A DNA stretch of 32,000 bases. Origin: Corynebacterium glutamicum ATCC 13032 (lineage in GTDB: Bacteria > Actinomycetota > Actinomycetes > Mycobacteriales > Mycobacteriaceae). The translations under genes and the position numbers were made by a program. The stretch covers positions 1,830,001-1,862,000 of the forward strand of contig NC_003450.3 in NCBI RefSeq assembly GCF_000011325.1. Direction: 5' to 3'. The notes below the pieces were generated by a model that had not been told where the DNA came from, searched no databases, and was given only the letters and a program-made list of their open reading frames with translations. Shown here one piece after another: positions 24,858 through 32,000 of this stretch (within the stretch, counting starts at the first letter, position 1; every line of letters begins with the position of its first letter).

Positions 24858-25057
24858 TACCCCACCATGACTCACTTGATTCACCACAATCGACCGCCCG
24901 TACCAGCATCACTACCTGTGCACGTGCAGAACCAGACCTGCTCTCCGCCCATTATGAGCAGGTCTATGTCATATCTACCCACACTATTTTCTTGACCCAA
25001 CGAAATGTGAATCACATTCTCTTCTCCACACACCTCGCATAAGAAAGAACACTTATT

Positions 25058-25240
25058 ATGGCTAAAGAATTCGAATTCACCATCCCTGACCAACATAATC
25101 GTTTACCGCTTATTTACCTGGTCGCAGCACGCACAATCACCAGCGCTCGCACTCAGCTTCGTGCTGAACTCGATCAGGACGACCCCGATTTGCTCTCAAG
25201 TATCGACATTGATGCGCTCCCCTACGTCATCGTCGAGTAA
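25058..25240 (+). CDS. small hypothetical protein (60 aa)
   Basis: ATG 25058 has an exact AAGAAAG box at 25041-25047 (10-nt spacing), the same arrangement as eight other starts in the window. Confidence 0.5.
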   Translation: MAKEFEFTIPDQHNRLPLIYLVAARTITSARTQLRAELDQDDPDLLSSIDIDALPYVIVE

Positions 25241-25311
25241 AGGCGTTTCTTTTTCTCCCCCTGTGGTCTGACCTGTCAGGCAGTCAGGTTGGTTGATTTT
25301 TTCTGGCGGTG

Positions 25312-25475
25312 GCTGCATGGTGCAGCGTCAGTGAAAAGACAACACAGCGAAGCTGTGTTCGGGGGATTATGTGAGATCGCACCGGCACGTGTTGCGGTGC
25401 GGATCGCACGTTGTTCTCTTGTGGCCTGGCTCAGATAGCCACTACCTACACGCATCTGTTGTGCTGAAACAACAG
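25312..25475 (+). promoter_or_regulatory. GC-rich structured leader (four consecutive hairpins) upstream of the AAA+/vWA operon
   Basis: - gctgca/tgcagc: 25312-25317 with 25321-25326
- acacagc/gctgtgt: 25342-25348 with 25352-25358, GAA loop
- gatcgcaccg/cggtgcggatc: 25375-25384 with 25395-25405, one bulge
- ctgttgt/acaacag: 25456-25462 with 25469-25475

gatcgcac is repeated at 25375 and 25402. Confidence 0.4.
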
Positions 25476-25531
25476 CGCGACACTCACTCTTCTCATTACT
25501 CAACAACTTACTTTTAAGGACTACATAACTT

Positions 25532-26791
25532 ATGTCTCTCTACCTTGACGACACTTTGTCTCGCATCGTTGAACTTGATCTCAAAGACACCCGCATTGTG
25601 CCGTTTCTTGCTGGTGAACCAGGTATCGGTAAAACCTCATTCATCTACGGCATCGGCGAACGTGCAGGCTACAAAGTCTTCAGTATCTCGGTTAACACCC
25701 TTGCCGATAAGGGTGACCTCACGGGCGCTCGCACCCTGCAGGACCCTGCCGATGGCAAGTGGAAGCAGATGTTTTTCCCGCACGCGACCTTCGTCGAAGC
25801 AAATGACTATGCACTAGCAAACCCAAACGAAACGGTCGTCATTCTTCTCGATGAGATTAACCGAACTGATTCGGATGTCACCTCTGCCTCGATGACTATC
25901 TCTACTGAGCGTCGCGTTGGTACCACCGATCTAGCACCCAATGTCCGCCTTGCTGTCACCGGAAACCTCACCGGTAATGTCACCCACCTTGATTCAGCAT
26001 CTCTGACCAGGTTCTCCCTCTATGAGGTCAAGCCATCCGCAGAGACCTTCATGAACATCATGGGCGGCCGCCTCAACAAGTACATCCGTACCGTGCTGAC
26101 CAAATACCCGGAATACATCTTCATGAAGCCAACTACTGCTACTGCTCTTATTACCACTGGCGATGATGATGACGACCATACAACCAATGCGAAGCAAATG
26201 ATGGACTTCAACGCTGTGCTCGGTTCAGACCAAGACATGGTTCAATTTACCGCACCTAGAACTATCGAAGGTTTGTCCGTCTGGCTCAACAACGCCGATG
26301 ATGACTTTCTTCGTCTACTTCTACAAGAAAAGGTGGATGGTCTTGCTCGATCCATGAGCTTGCTGCAGGCTACGCTCGAATCTCACACCGGCGATACCGC
26401 TTTTACCGCAGAAGTCCTCAGCGAAATGACCAATGATCTGCTGAGCTCCGCATCGCAAGCTCCTAGTGGTCCAATCAAACCATTTGTCTACGACCGACTC
26501 GCTGCTGCACCAAGCAATACTGTACTGGAACAAGAGGTTCACACACTCAGTCTCAATGACCGCGCCGATGTCTTGTTGTTTGCCCTCCATGACACTGTAA
26601 ACAACGCTGCACCAAGCATCATCGCTCACCTTGCATCTGAAGGCGTACTTGATGAACTGCCCAAAGACAGAATCAGCAAAATTGTTTCACTCGGTCCTGT
26701 ACCAACGGCAAACTATCACGCCTTGACCAGACAGGATACAACGTTGACTCGAAATCTCGGTCCCGCTGTCTTGGGCTTCTTGGAAAGTTAA
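25532..26791 (+). CDS. MoxR/CobS-like AAA+ ATPase
   Basis: Walker A GEPGIGKT (25613-25636). Walker B VVILLDEINRT (DE at 25850-25855). A single AAA+ core is followed by a ~230-aa C-terminal extension of unknown fold. aagga lies upstream of the ATG. Confidence 0.8.
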   Translation: MSLYLDDTLSRIVELDLKDTRIVPFLAGEPGIGKTSFIYGIGERAGYKVFSISVNTLADKGDLTGARTLQDPADGKWKQMFFPHATFVEANDYALANPNETVVILLDEINRTDSDVTSASMTISTERRVGTTDLAPNVRLAVTGNLTGNVTHLDSASLTRFSLYEVKPSAETFMNIMGGRLNKYIRTVLTKYPEYIFMKPTTATALITTGDDDDDHTTNAKQMMDFNAVLGSDQDMVQFTAPRTIEGLSVWLNNADDDFLRLLLQEKVDGLARSMSLLQATLESHTGDTAFTAEVLSEMTNDLLSSASQAPSGPIKPFVYDRLAAAPSNTVLEQEVHTLSLNDRADVLLFALHDTVNNAAPSIIAHLASEGVLDELPKDRISKIVSLGPVPTANYHALTRQDTTLTRNLGPAVLGFLES

Positions 26792-26914
26792 AGCAATTTC
26801 CTAAGTACCTTTGGCAGCTGAGGTAGTCATCTGTCTACCTGCGTGGAGTAGACACTAAATCCTGTCCACGCACCCTTACCCTTCTTGACACTAGTAATTG
26901 AAAGCGATCCCCTC

Positions 26915-28741
26915 ATGGTTACCTTCAGCGTCGCAAATCACGCGCCTCATACTTTTAGCCCATTCGATATTGAACCACCACTCACCGGTAACGCCACCAC
27001 CGACGAACATGGTTACGAACACACCTCAGTGCTAGAAAAACTAGCCTCCAACCACCTGTTCAATCCAATCAATCCGCAACACCCAGTCACTATCACAGCC
27101 ACCGAAAACGGATCAACCGTTGATCTTGATGCAGCAGCACTAGCACAACATCTTGCTCTAGCGATTACCCCAGACTCAATGCTGGCAAATCATCAAGGCT
27201 ACAACCGTGACATGATGGGTCTACTTTCGCAGCTTACTAACCATGTTGGCTTTGATCGCCGATTCATTGTTGACCAACTCTTTATCTCCCAAGTGCTCAA
27301 AGCGAATCGTCTACCAGCACCGGCAAACAACGTTATTTACACCGTGCCCAATGACGTTATCCCATCTGCTAAAGACATCTTGTCCACCACTGCAAAAATG
27401 AACAATCCACTGACAGTTACTGCAAGTGCCCCAATTACTGTTGACGACATTCACACAGCCTATGAGGTATTTTTCGCTTCTCTTGCCTCAGTGTTTTTCC
27501 CTTATACCTACGGTGCGGTATTCCTTAACAACGCAGAATTCGTTGAGTTTGTTGATTACCTTATTAACGAAGCAACAACACTGCACTCGGCATCACTCAT
27601 CTCCAACAACACCTTTAATAGGTTCCAATCAATGCGTAACATCTCCATTGATAATCTCACCGCCGAGTTTCTCTTACGCAAAAATGAAGCAGAGACAACT
27701 GATGATTATTCATTCCCCCGCGTACTTGTTTCCCTGCTGCATTCTTGGGTGAAACTCAATCACGATGATGCTCGTGCTAACAATGATGCACCCACCTGTG
27801 CACTAGCACCGTTTAGTGTGGCTCAATGGATCATGCCGGAGACCATTGTGTTTATTAATGCTGAAGCTCATGCTCATGCATCCTCCCAGGACATTGAGAA
27901 GAAATGGAAGGAAATTAATGCGGCGTTAACAGGGTCTATTCGTATTATGTCGCCAAATGCAATTTCCAAGCTGCAATCTGCTCAGCATCTCGGGATGCAA
28001 GCACAAATGCAGGCCATGCGTGCTCGAAAAGATCACCACAACATGCAGAAGCGTTCCTCACAAGAAAACGACTTTTCCAAGGCACTCCCCTCACCACAGA
28101 CTATCGTGCTTTCTGTCGCAGAGGTTCTGCGCAAACTCACTCACGTACGCCAATCGCACAACCCTCAGAAATACCAGAAGAAGTCTCTGACCAGAGCTTC
28201 TCGCCGACACCCGGATAACCCTAATGTCCCTGGCACCATTAAGAGCAAGCTCTTCTACCCTGACCTGCATGTTTATGTAGATACTTCTGGTTCGATTAGT
28301 GAAGAAAGCTACCGCAACTCTGTGGTTCTGCTCATGCAGCTTGCCACCAAACTGGACATCAACCTCTATTTCTCCACCTTCTCTCACGTGCTCTCCGAAG
28401 AAGTACTATTGCCGACCAAGGGTAAAACACCACAGCAATTGGCAGCTCTTATTTCGGCCATCCCAAAGGTCTCTGGCGGTACTGACTATCACCAGATTTG
28501 GGATTACATCCAGATCAATCCGCAGCGCCAAGAACGCATGAATCTTGTGTTAACTGACTTCGGATTCATGCCGAATCGCGGCTTAAACATCGACCACCCA
28601 AGTTCTATTTTCTACGTCCCAATCCTGCCTGACTACGGCAGCTGGTCAATGGTTCGAAGAGATATGTCTCATTTCGCAAATGAAATGGTTGACTTCGACC
28701 CCTATATCCACAGCCGACTACTCGGCGTACACGGAAAATAG
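26915..28741 (+). CDS. vWA (MIDAS) domain protein, CobT/DUF2201-like C-terminus with unknown ~440-aa N-terminal region
   Basis: The C-terminal LHVYVDTSGSIS (DTSGS at 28280-28294), then VSGGTDY and NLVLTDFGF, match the vWA MIDAS pattern (DxSGS ... GGTD ... TDG). The track ORF opens at TTG 26885; the first ATG is 26915. Confidence 0.7.
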   Translation: MVTFSVANHAPHTFSPFDIEPPLTGNATTDEHGYEHTSVLEKLASNHLFNPINPQHPVTITATENGSTVDLDAAALAQHLALAITPDSMLANHQGYNRDMMGLLSQLTNHVGFDRRFIVDQLFISQVLKANRLPAPANNVIYTVPNDVIPSAKDILSTTAKMNNPLTVTASAPITVDDIHTAYEVFFASLASVFFPYTYGAVFLNNAEFVEFVDYLINEATTLHSASLISNNTFNRFQSMRNISIDNLTAEFLLRKNEAETTDDYSFPRVLVSLLHSWVKLNHDDARANNDAPTCALAPFSVAQWIMPETIVFINAEAHAHASSQDIEKKWKEINAALTGSIRIMSPNAISKLQSAQHLGMQAQMQAMRARKDHHNMQKRSSQENDFSKALPSPQTIVLSVAEVLRKLTHVRQSHNPQKYQKKSLTRASRRHPDNPNVPGTIKSKLFYPDLHVYVDTSGSISEESYRNSVVLLMQLATKLDINLYFSTFSHVLSEEVLLPTKGKTPQQLAALISAIPKVSGGTDYHQIWDYIQINPQRQERMNLVLTDFGFMPNRGLNIDHPSSIFYVPILPDYGSWSMVRRDMSHFANEMVDFDPYIHSRLLGVHGK

Positions 28742-28819
28742 CAGCTGATCCATCTAGGGTCAGTGAACTCTCGCGGATTGCCACACACCACCAACCACTA
28801 CAAGAAAGAACCCCCTACC

Positions 28820-30730
28820 GTGCCTTTTCACGATTTCACTGACCCTGATAGCGATCCTAGGCAAAATGCACCAGCTAACCCCACCGCTCAACCGCCATCT
28901 GCCCCCACCTCACACTCATCACAGCAGGGTCTCCCTCCGGGCGCCATTATGATCCCTTTTCCAGGGCAACCGCAGCAGCAAAGCGCACCCAATGACGAGA
29001 CCCGTTTCATCGACCTTAACGAACGTCATAAAGATGATGAACCAGCCCTGTTTCGCGATGATGTTATTGATCAAACTCTCGCTATTTTGATCAGTAAAAA
29101 TAAGCCCAATGCGCTACTCGTTGGGCCTGCCGGTACAGGTAAATCCCGTATCGCAGAAGATATTGCGCGCCGCCTTGCCAATGATGACGTATCTATTCCC
29201 GATCAGCTTGTCGGCCACCGTATTCTTGATGTCTCCATTGCAGAGCTTGTTGCTGGTGCTGGCGTTGTTGGTCAGCTCGAAGAACGCATTCTGGATCTCA
29301 TCAAGTATGCGACCGACCCGAGTAACAAAGTCATTATCTTTATTGACGAGATTCACCAAATTGCTGGTGATCAGTCCAGTCACAGTGGATCGCAAGCCAA
29401 AGTTGCTCAGATTCTCAAACCCTATCTTGCCCGTGGTGACCTTCGTGTTATTGGTGCCACCACCACCCAGGAAGCTCGTGACTTCGATCATGATCCAGCC
29501 CTCAAACGCCGTTTTAGCAGAGTAAATGTCGATGAATTTGATCGAGATCAAACGCTCACTATTCTTCATGCTGCACGTGATGGTTACCTCAAACATTTCA
29601 ACAACGCTGTCACGGTATCTGACGACGTACTGGGCTATGTCTACACCTACTCGCAGCAATTCAACCCAGGCAATACAGCACAACCTGATGCAGCACTGAC
29701 GCTGTTTGATAAGGCGTTGGCTTCCCTAACTATGGAGAAACAGCGTCTGATCAACAACCATGTCATTGCGCCGTCGCTCAAGTTCCCTGTGTCAGAAAGG
29801 CACATCCATAACACCGCTCGCAAACTTGCCTTTGGCTCTCAAGTGCCAGCCTCCATCAATACTGATGATGCTCGTGACAAACTCGAAACGTTGTTTGGTC
29901 AAGATCATATTATTGAGCCAGTACTCACCGCTATCAAGCGTGAACAGCTTGGTATTTTCCCTCGCACCAAACCATTGAGCTGGGTGTTTGCTGGTTCATC
30001 TGGTGTGGGTAAAACAGAAATGGCGCGTATTCTCTCTCGCGCCATTAATGGCGGCGATCCCATCATTATCAATGGTCCCGAATACATTAGTCCTGAGTCC
30101 ATTACTGGCCTTATCGGATCATCCGATGGCTATATCGGCTCTAATTCTAAGCGTGCTAAACCACTCGACCCGCTGATTTCTAATCCGCGTCAGGTGATTG
30201 TGCTCGATGAATTTGAGAAGTCTCACCCTCATTTCCAGCAATTGTTCATGGCAGCTCTTGATACAGGCACTATGGCGATGGCTAATGGCACGACATTGAA
30301 TTTCTCTCAGGCCATTATCATTGCCACCACCAATGCAGCCCGCGACAAAATCGGTCGTGACAGCTTTGGATTCGATTCAGATAATTCAGGTGTCCTCGGT
30401 TCTGCTCAAGCAGCAACTGATCCGCGTGCACAGGAACGCCTCAAGTCACTGATGTCCAAGGATTTCCCTGTTGAACTGCTCAACCGTTTCCAGAATATCT
30501 TTGCCTTCAACCGCATTGATGCAGGCACCTACCGTGAGATTCTGGACAATCTCTACCAGCGTCGCCGTGACGCCGTGCTGCTTAGCCACCCGCATTACGC
30601 AGCACAGATCCCTGCAGATATTGATTCAGACACTCTTGATCAGCTGGTGGAAACCACCTTTATCTCAGATTTTGGTGCACGTCCTGCTGCACGCACCATC
30701 GAAGACCACATCGCATCCTTGCTGATGTGA
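28820..30730 (+). CDS. two-ring Clp/Hsp100-family AAA+ unfoldase (ClpA/ClpC-like) with P/Q-rich N-terminus
   Basis: - D1: GPAGTGKS (29123-29146), IIFIDEIHQI, GDLRVIGATTTQEARDFDHDPALKRRF
- D2: GSSGVGKT (29993-30016), VIVLDEFEKSHP, IIIATTN

No canonical Clp N domain and no long M-domain spacer are visible. Start GTG 28820 has AAGAAAG at 28802-28808; GTG 28763 is the alternative. Confidence 0.85.
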   Translation: MPFHDFTDPDSDPRQNAPANPTAQPPSAPTSHSSQQGLPPGAIMIPFPGQPQQQSAPNDETRFIDLNERHKDDEPALFRDDVIDQTLAILISKNKPNALLVGPAGTGKSRIAEDIARRLANDDVSIPDQLVGHRILDVSIAELVAGAGVVGQLEERILDLIKYATDPSNKVIIFIDEIHQIAGDQSSHSGSQAKVAQILKPYLARGDLRVIGATTTQEARDFDHDPALKRRFSRVNVDEFDRDQTLTILHAARDGYLKHFNNAVTVSDDVLGYVYTYSQQFNPGNTAQPDAALTLFDKALASLTMEKQRLINNHVIAPSLKFPVSERHIHNTARKLAFGSQVPASINTDDARDKLETLFGQDHIIEPVLTAIKREQLGIFPRTKPLSWVFAGSSGVGKTEMARILSRAINGGDPIIINGPEYISPESITGLIGSSDGYIGSNSKRAKPLDPLISNPRQVIVLDEFEKSHPHFQQLFMAALDTGTMAMANGTTLNFSQAIIIATTNAARDKIGRDSFGFDSDNSGVLGSAQAATDPRAQERLKSLMSKDFPVELLNRFQNIFAFNRIDAGTYREILDNLYQRRRDAVLLSHPHYAAQIPADIDSDTLDQLVETTFISDFGARPAARTIEDHIASLLM

Positions 30731-30751
30731 CCAACCTTTTAGGAGTACATC

Positions 30752-31228
30752 ATGATTGATACCACTGCTAACAGCACCTCAGGCACCCTACCTACACTCA
30801 CTGCTGACCAAGCTGCGTTTATCACCGGTTTTTGCGAGGCTGCTATCTTCACAGCCACCGTCACAATAGATAACGAACCTATATTTCTTGATGAAGCGTT
30901 CTTCTTAGGTCAAGAAACCTATACCGACATTCTCATGAATCAACTCCGCACCAATGAAGCCATTGTTAAAGACTGTCTCGACTTCTTCCTTGACAACTAC
31001 ACCACAATGAACAAGCTCATTGTTGATGGTCTATGCCCAGATTGGGAGCACCACGGCCATGATTTCCTACTCACCCGTGACCATCATGGTGCCGGATTCT
31101 GGGATCGTGGCTACGACGAATACGGTGCCCAACTCACCGACAATGCCGAAAAATATTCAGAAAACTGTCTCAATTTCTGGATTGAGCCTGATAGTGACCC
31201 TCTCATTATCAACTTCGAGTACCACTAA
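30752..31228 (+). CDS. highly acidic protein (158 aa) with His-rich HGHDFLLTRDHHGAGFWDRG motif
   Basis: ATG with aggag 6 nt upstream. I count about 28 D/E against 6 K/R. The His/Gly-rich block looks like a conserved signature, but I cannot name the family. Confidence 0.6.
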   Translation: MIDTTANSTSGTLPTLTADQAAFITGFCEAAIFTATVTIDNEPIFLDEAFFLGQETYTDILMNQLRTNEAIVKDCLDFFLDNYTTMNKLIVDGLCPDWEHHGHDFLLTRDHHGAGFWDRGYDEYGAQLTDNAEKYSENCLNFWIEPDSDPLIINFEYH

Positions 31229-31268
31229 CACCCCTTGACCTTATTTTTCTTTGGTTAAGGGGTGTTAG
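31225..31268. other. 16-bp hairpin overlapping the stop codon (possible terminator or processing site)
   Basis: ctaacaccccttgacc (31225-31240) pairs with ggttaaggggtgttag (31253-31268), 15 of 16 bp. The T-rich loop is ttatttttcttt. No U tract follows on either strand. Confidence 0.45.
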
Positions 31269-31319
31269 CCACCCCACCTACTCACTGTTATTTCCCACGA
31301 CCAAAGAAAACTCACCCAC

Positions 31320-31478
31320 ATGTACGATTTTCAAACTATCCCGCAGCCACCTCGTGACGGCTACGACAACCCCTCACTTGATCCACGCAACCCTGGTTAC
31401 CGCGAGCAAGAGTACGAGGATTACCTCAACGCCGTGCTCATGACAGGTAATTCAACGCGTTACCCTGCTGCAGCATAA
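31320..31478 (+). CDS. possible small protein (52 aa)
   Basis: Below the size cutoff of the ORF track. Sequence: ATG 31320 ... TAA 31476-31478 (MYDFQTIPQPPRDGYDNPSLDPRNPGYREQEYEDYLNAVLMTGNSTRYPAAA). An aaagaaaa box lies about 10 nt upstream. Confidence 0.35.
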   Translation: MYDFQTIPQPPRDGYDNPSLDPRNPGYREQEYEDYLNAVLMTGNSTRYPAAA

Positions 31479-31534
31479 AAGAACCTGCCTCAACACACCT
31501 CCACTTTTTCTACTTTTAAGAAAGCCACATTCTC

Positions 31535-32000
31535 ATGCCAATTATCATTGATAACCTCAATTCTGACGACGACTCCACCATCGGCACTGCCACCGAATAC
31601 AACCCTGACACTGACGCCGATTTACTTGATGCTATTAACGCTGATGCTGACCTTGATGGCGACGCCACCATCAGCACTAACGCGACAGAAGAAGGTGTAG
31701 ACGCAGCAGCTGAAAAACCTAAGAAAAAGCGTAAAGCCCCTGCTCTGAAGCCTAAAGGACTCACGGCAAAGTTCTTCCACCGTGATCTTACTGGCGTAGG
31801 TGGTAGGACCGGTCGCCTCAACAAGAACGTACACCCGACCAACCCAGATCTGTCCTACCAGCCAGTCTCTGATGTCTACACCCCACAATCAGCAGATCAC
31901 AAGGGTATTAAGACCCGCTACATCCTTACCCATCCAACCCCCGCTGTTGTTCTCAGTGAGTCCATCAGCAACGCGTTTCATGTCTCTACCCTGCGTCGCA
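31535..32000 (+). CDS. hypothetical protein, 5' partial view (runs off the window end)
   Basis: Not in the track because no stop is reached. ATG 31535 has an exact AAGAAAG at 31518-31524 (10-nt spacing). It has an acidic D-rich N-terminus, then the basic patch EKPKKKRKAPALKPK. The frame stays open to nt 32000. The two antisense track ORFs here look spurious. Confidence 0.5.
   Translation, partial: MPIIIDNLNSDDDSTIGTATEYNPDTDADLLDAINADADLDGDATISTNATEEGVDAAAEKPKKKRKAPALKPKGLTAKFFHRDLTGVGGRTGRLNKNVHPTNPDLSYQPVSDVYTPQSADHKGIKTRYILTHPTPAVVLSESISNAFHVSTLRR

Noticed and set aside
24881-25096. 71-aa Cys-rich minus-strand ORF between two plus-strand genes
   Set aside because: It overlaps the start and the AAGAAAG box of the plus-strand gene at 25058. 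It contains the plus-strand hairpin at 24934-24965 and has no visible promoter or RBS. This call is kept as uncertain rather than excluded outright.
25268-25303. Terminator after the 60-aa gene (ctgac/gtcag plus T6 run)
   Set aside because: The stem is only 5 bp with G-U extensions, and 9 nt separate it from the T run. That is too weak to call.
25276-25506. 76-aa minus-strand ORF in the leader of the AAA+ operon
   Set aside because: It has no RBS-like box and an R/A/S/C-rich product. It is entirely made of the hairpin-forming GC-rich leader, so it is better explained as structured non-coding sequence.
29114-29683. 189-aa minus-strand ORF
   Set aside because: It is fully antisense to the D1 ring of the Clp-like gene, whose Walker and sensor motifs are unambiguous. 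No independent signals support it.
31516-31888. Two minus-strand ORFs (108 aa and 88 aa)
   Set aside because: They are antisense to a plus-strand frame that stays open from ATG 31535 to the window end. That frame has an exact AAGAAAG box at the standard spacing. The antisense products are R/S/L/V-rich.
1-32000. tRNA, rRNA, integrase or attachment sites
   Set aside because: I found no T-loop-like GTTCGAATC/GGTTCRA context with a cloverleaf, no rRNA-like sequence and no tyrosine or serine recombinase motifs in any ORF. Absence is based on inspection by eye only.

Overview
All calls come from reading the sequence and ORF track by eye; no searches were run, so family names rest on visible motifs.

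The window is gene-dense and mostly plus-strand. It reads as the DNA-replication/early region of a large actinobacterial phage, prophage or phage-plasmid. The actinobacterial assignment rests on an Lsr2-like gene, a LysM protein, and purine-rich ribosome-binding boxes complementary to a ...CCUCCUUUCU-3' 16S tail. No structural, lysis, integrase, tRNA, rRNA, CRISPR or transposase genes were seen.

**Replication set:**
- RecJ-like DHH exonuclease
- D5/P4-type SF3 helicase
- 1263-aa DEDDy-exonuclease plus family-B-like DNA polymerase
- VRR-NUC nuclease
- SNF2 helicase
- DUF4406 (nucleoside 2-deoxyribosyltransferase-like) protein
- gp2.5/DUF2815-like SSB with a ~190-aa P/Q/A-rich tail
- stand-alone AEP PrimPol

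**Reverse-strand cassettes:** three single genes (unknown 260-aa protein, Lsr2-like silencer, LysM membrane protein) sit between hairpin terminators and AT-rich promoter regions.

**Most interesting items:**
1. A co-directional MoxR-like AAA+ / vWA / two-ring ClpC-like unfoldase / highly acidic protein operon (25.3-31.2 kb), preceded by a structured GC-rich leader. I do not recognise this as a described combination.
2. A 1.5-kb ORF-free gap (4929-6428) upstream of the helicase-polymerase genes. It holds a ~735-bp quasi-palindrome of GTAACG(A/T)TAC iterons with two inverted-repeat pairs centred on the same coordinate (~5767). This is a candidate replication origin.
3. A minus-strand intrinsic terminator with no ORF upstream (candidate sRNA or leader), plus several unusual intergenic RNA structures.
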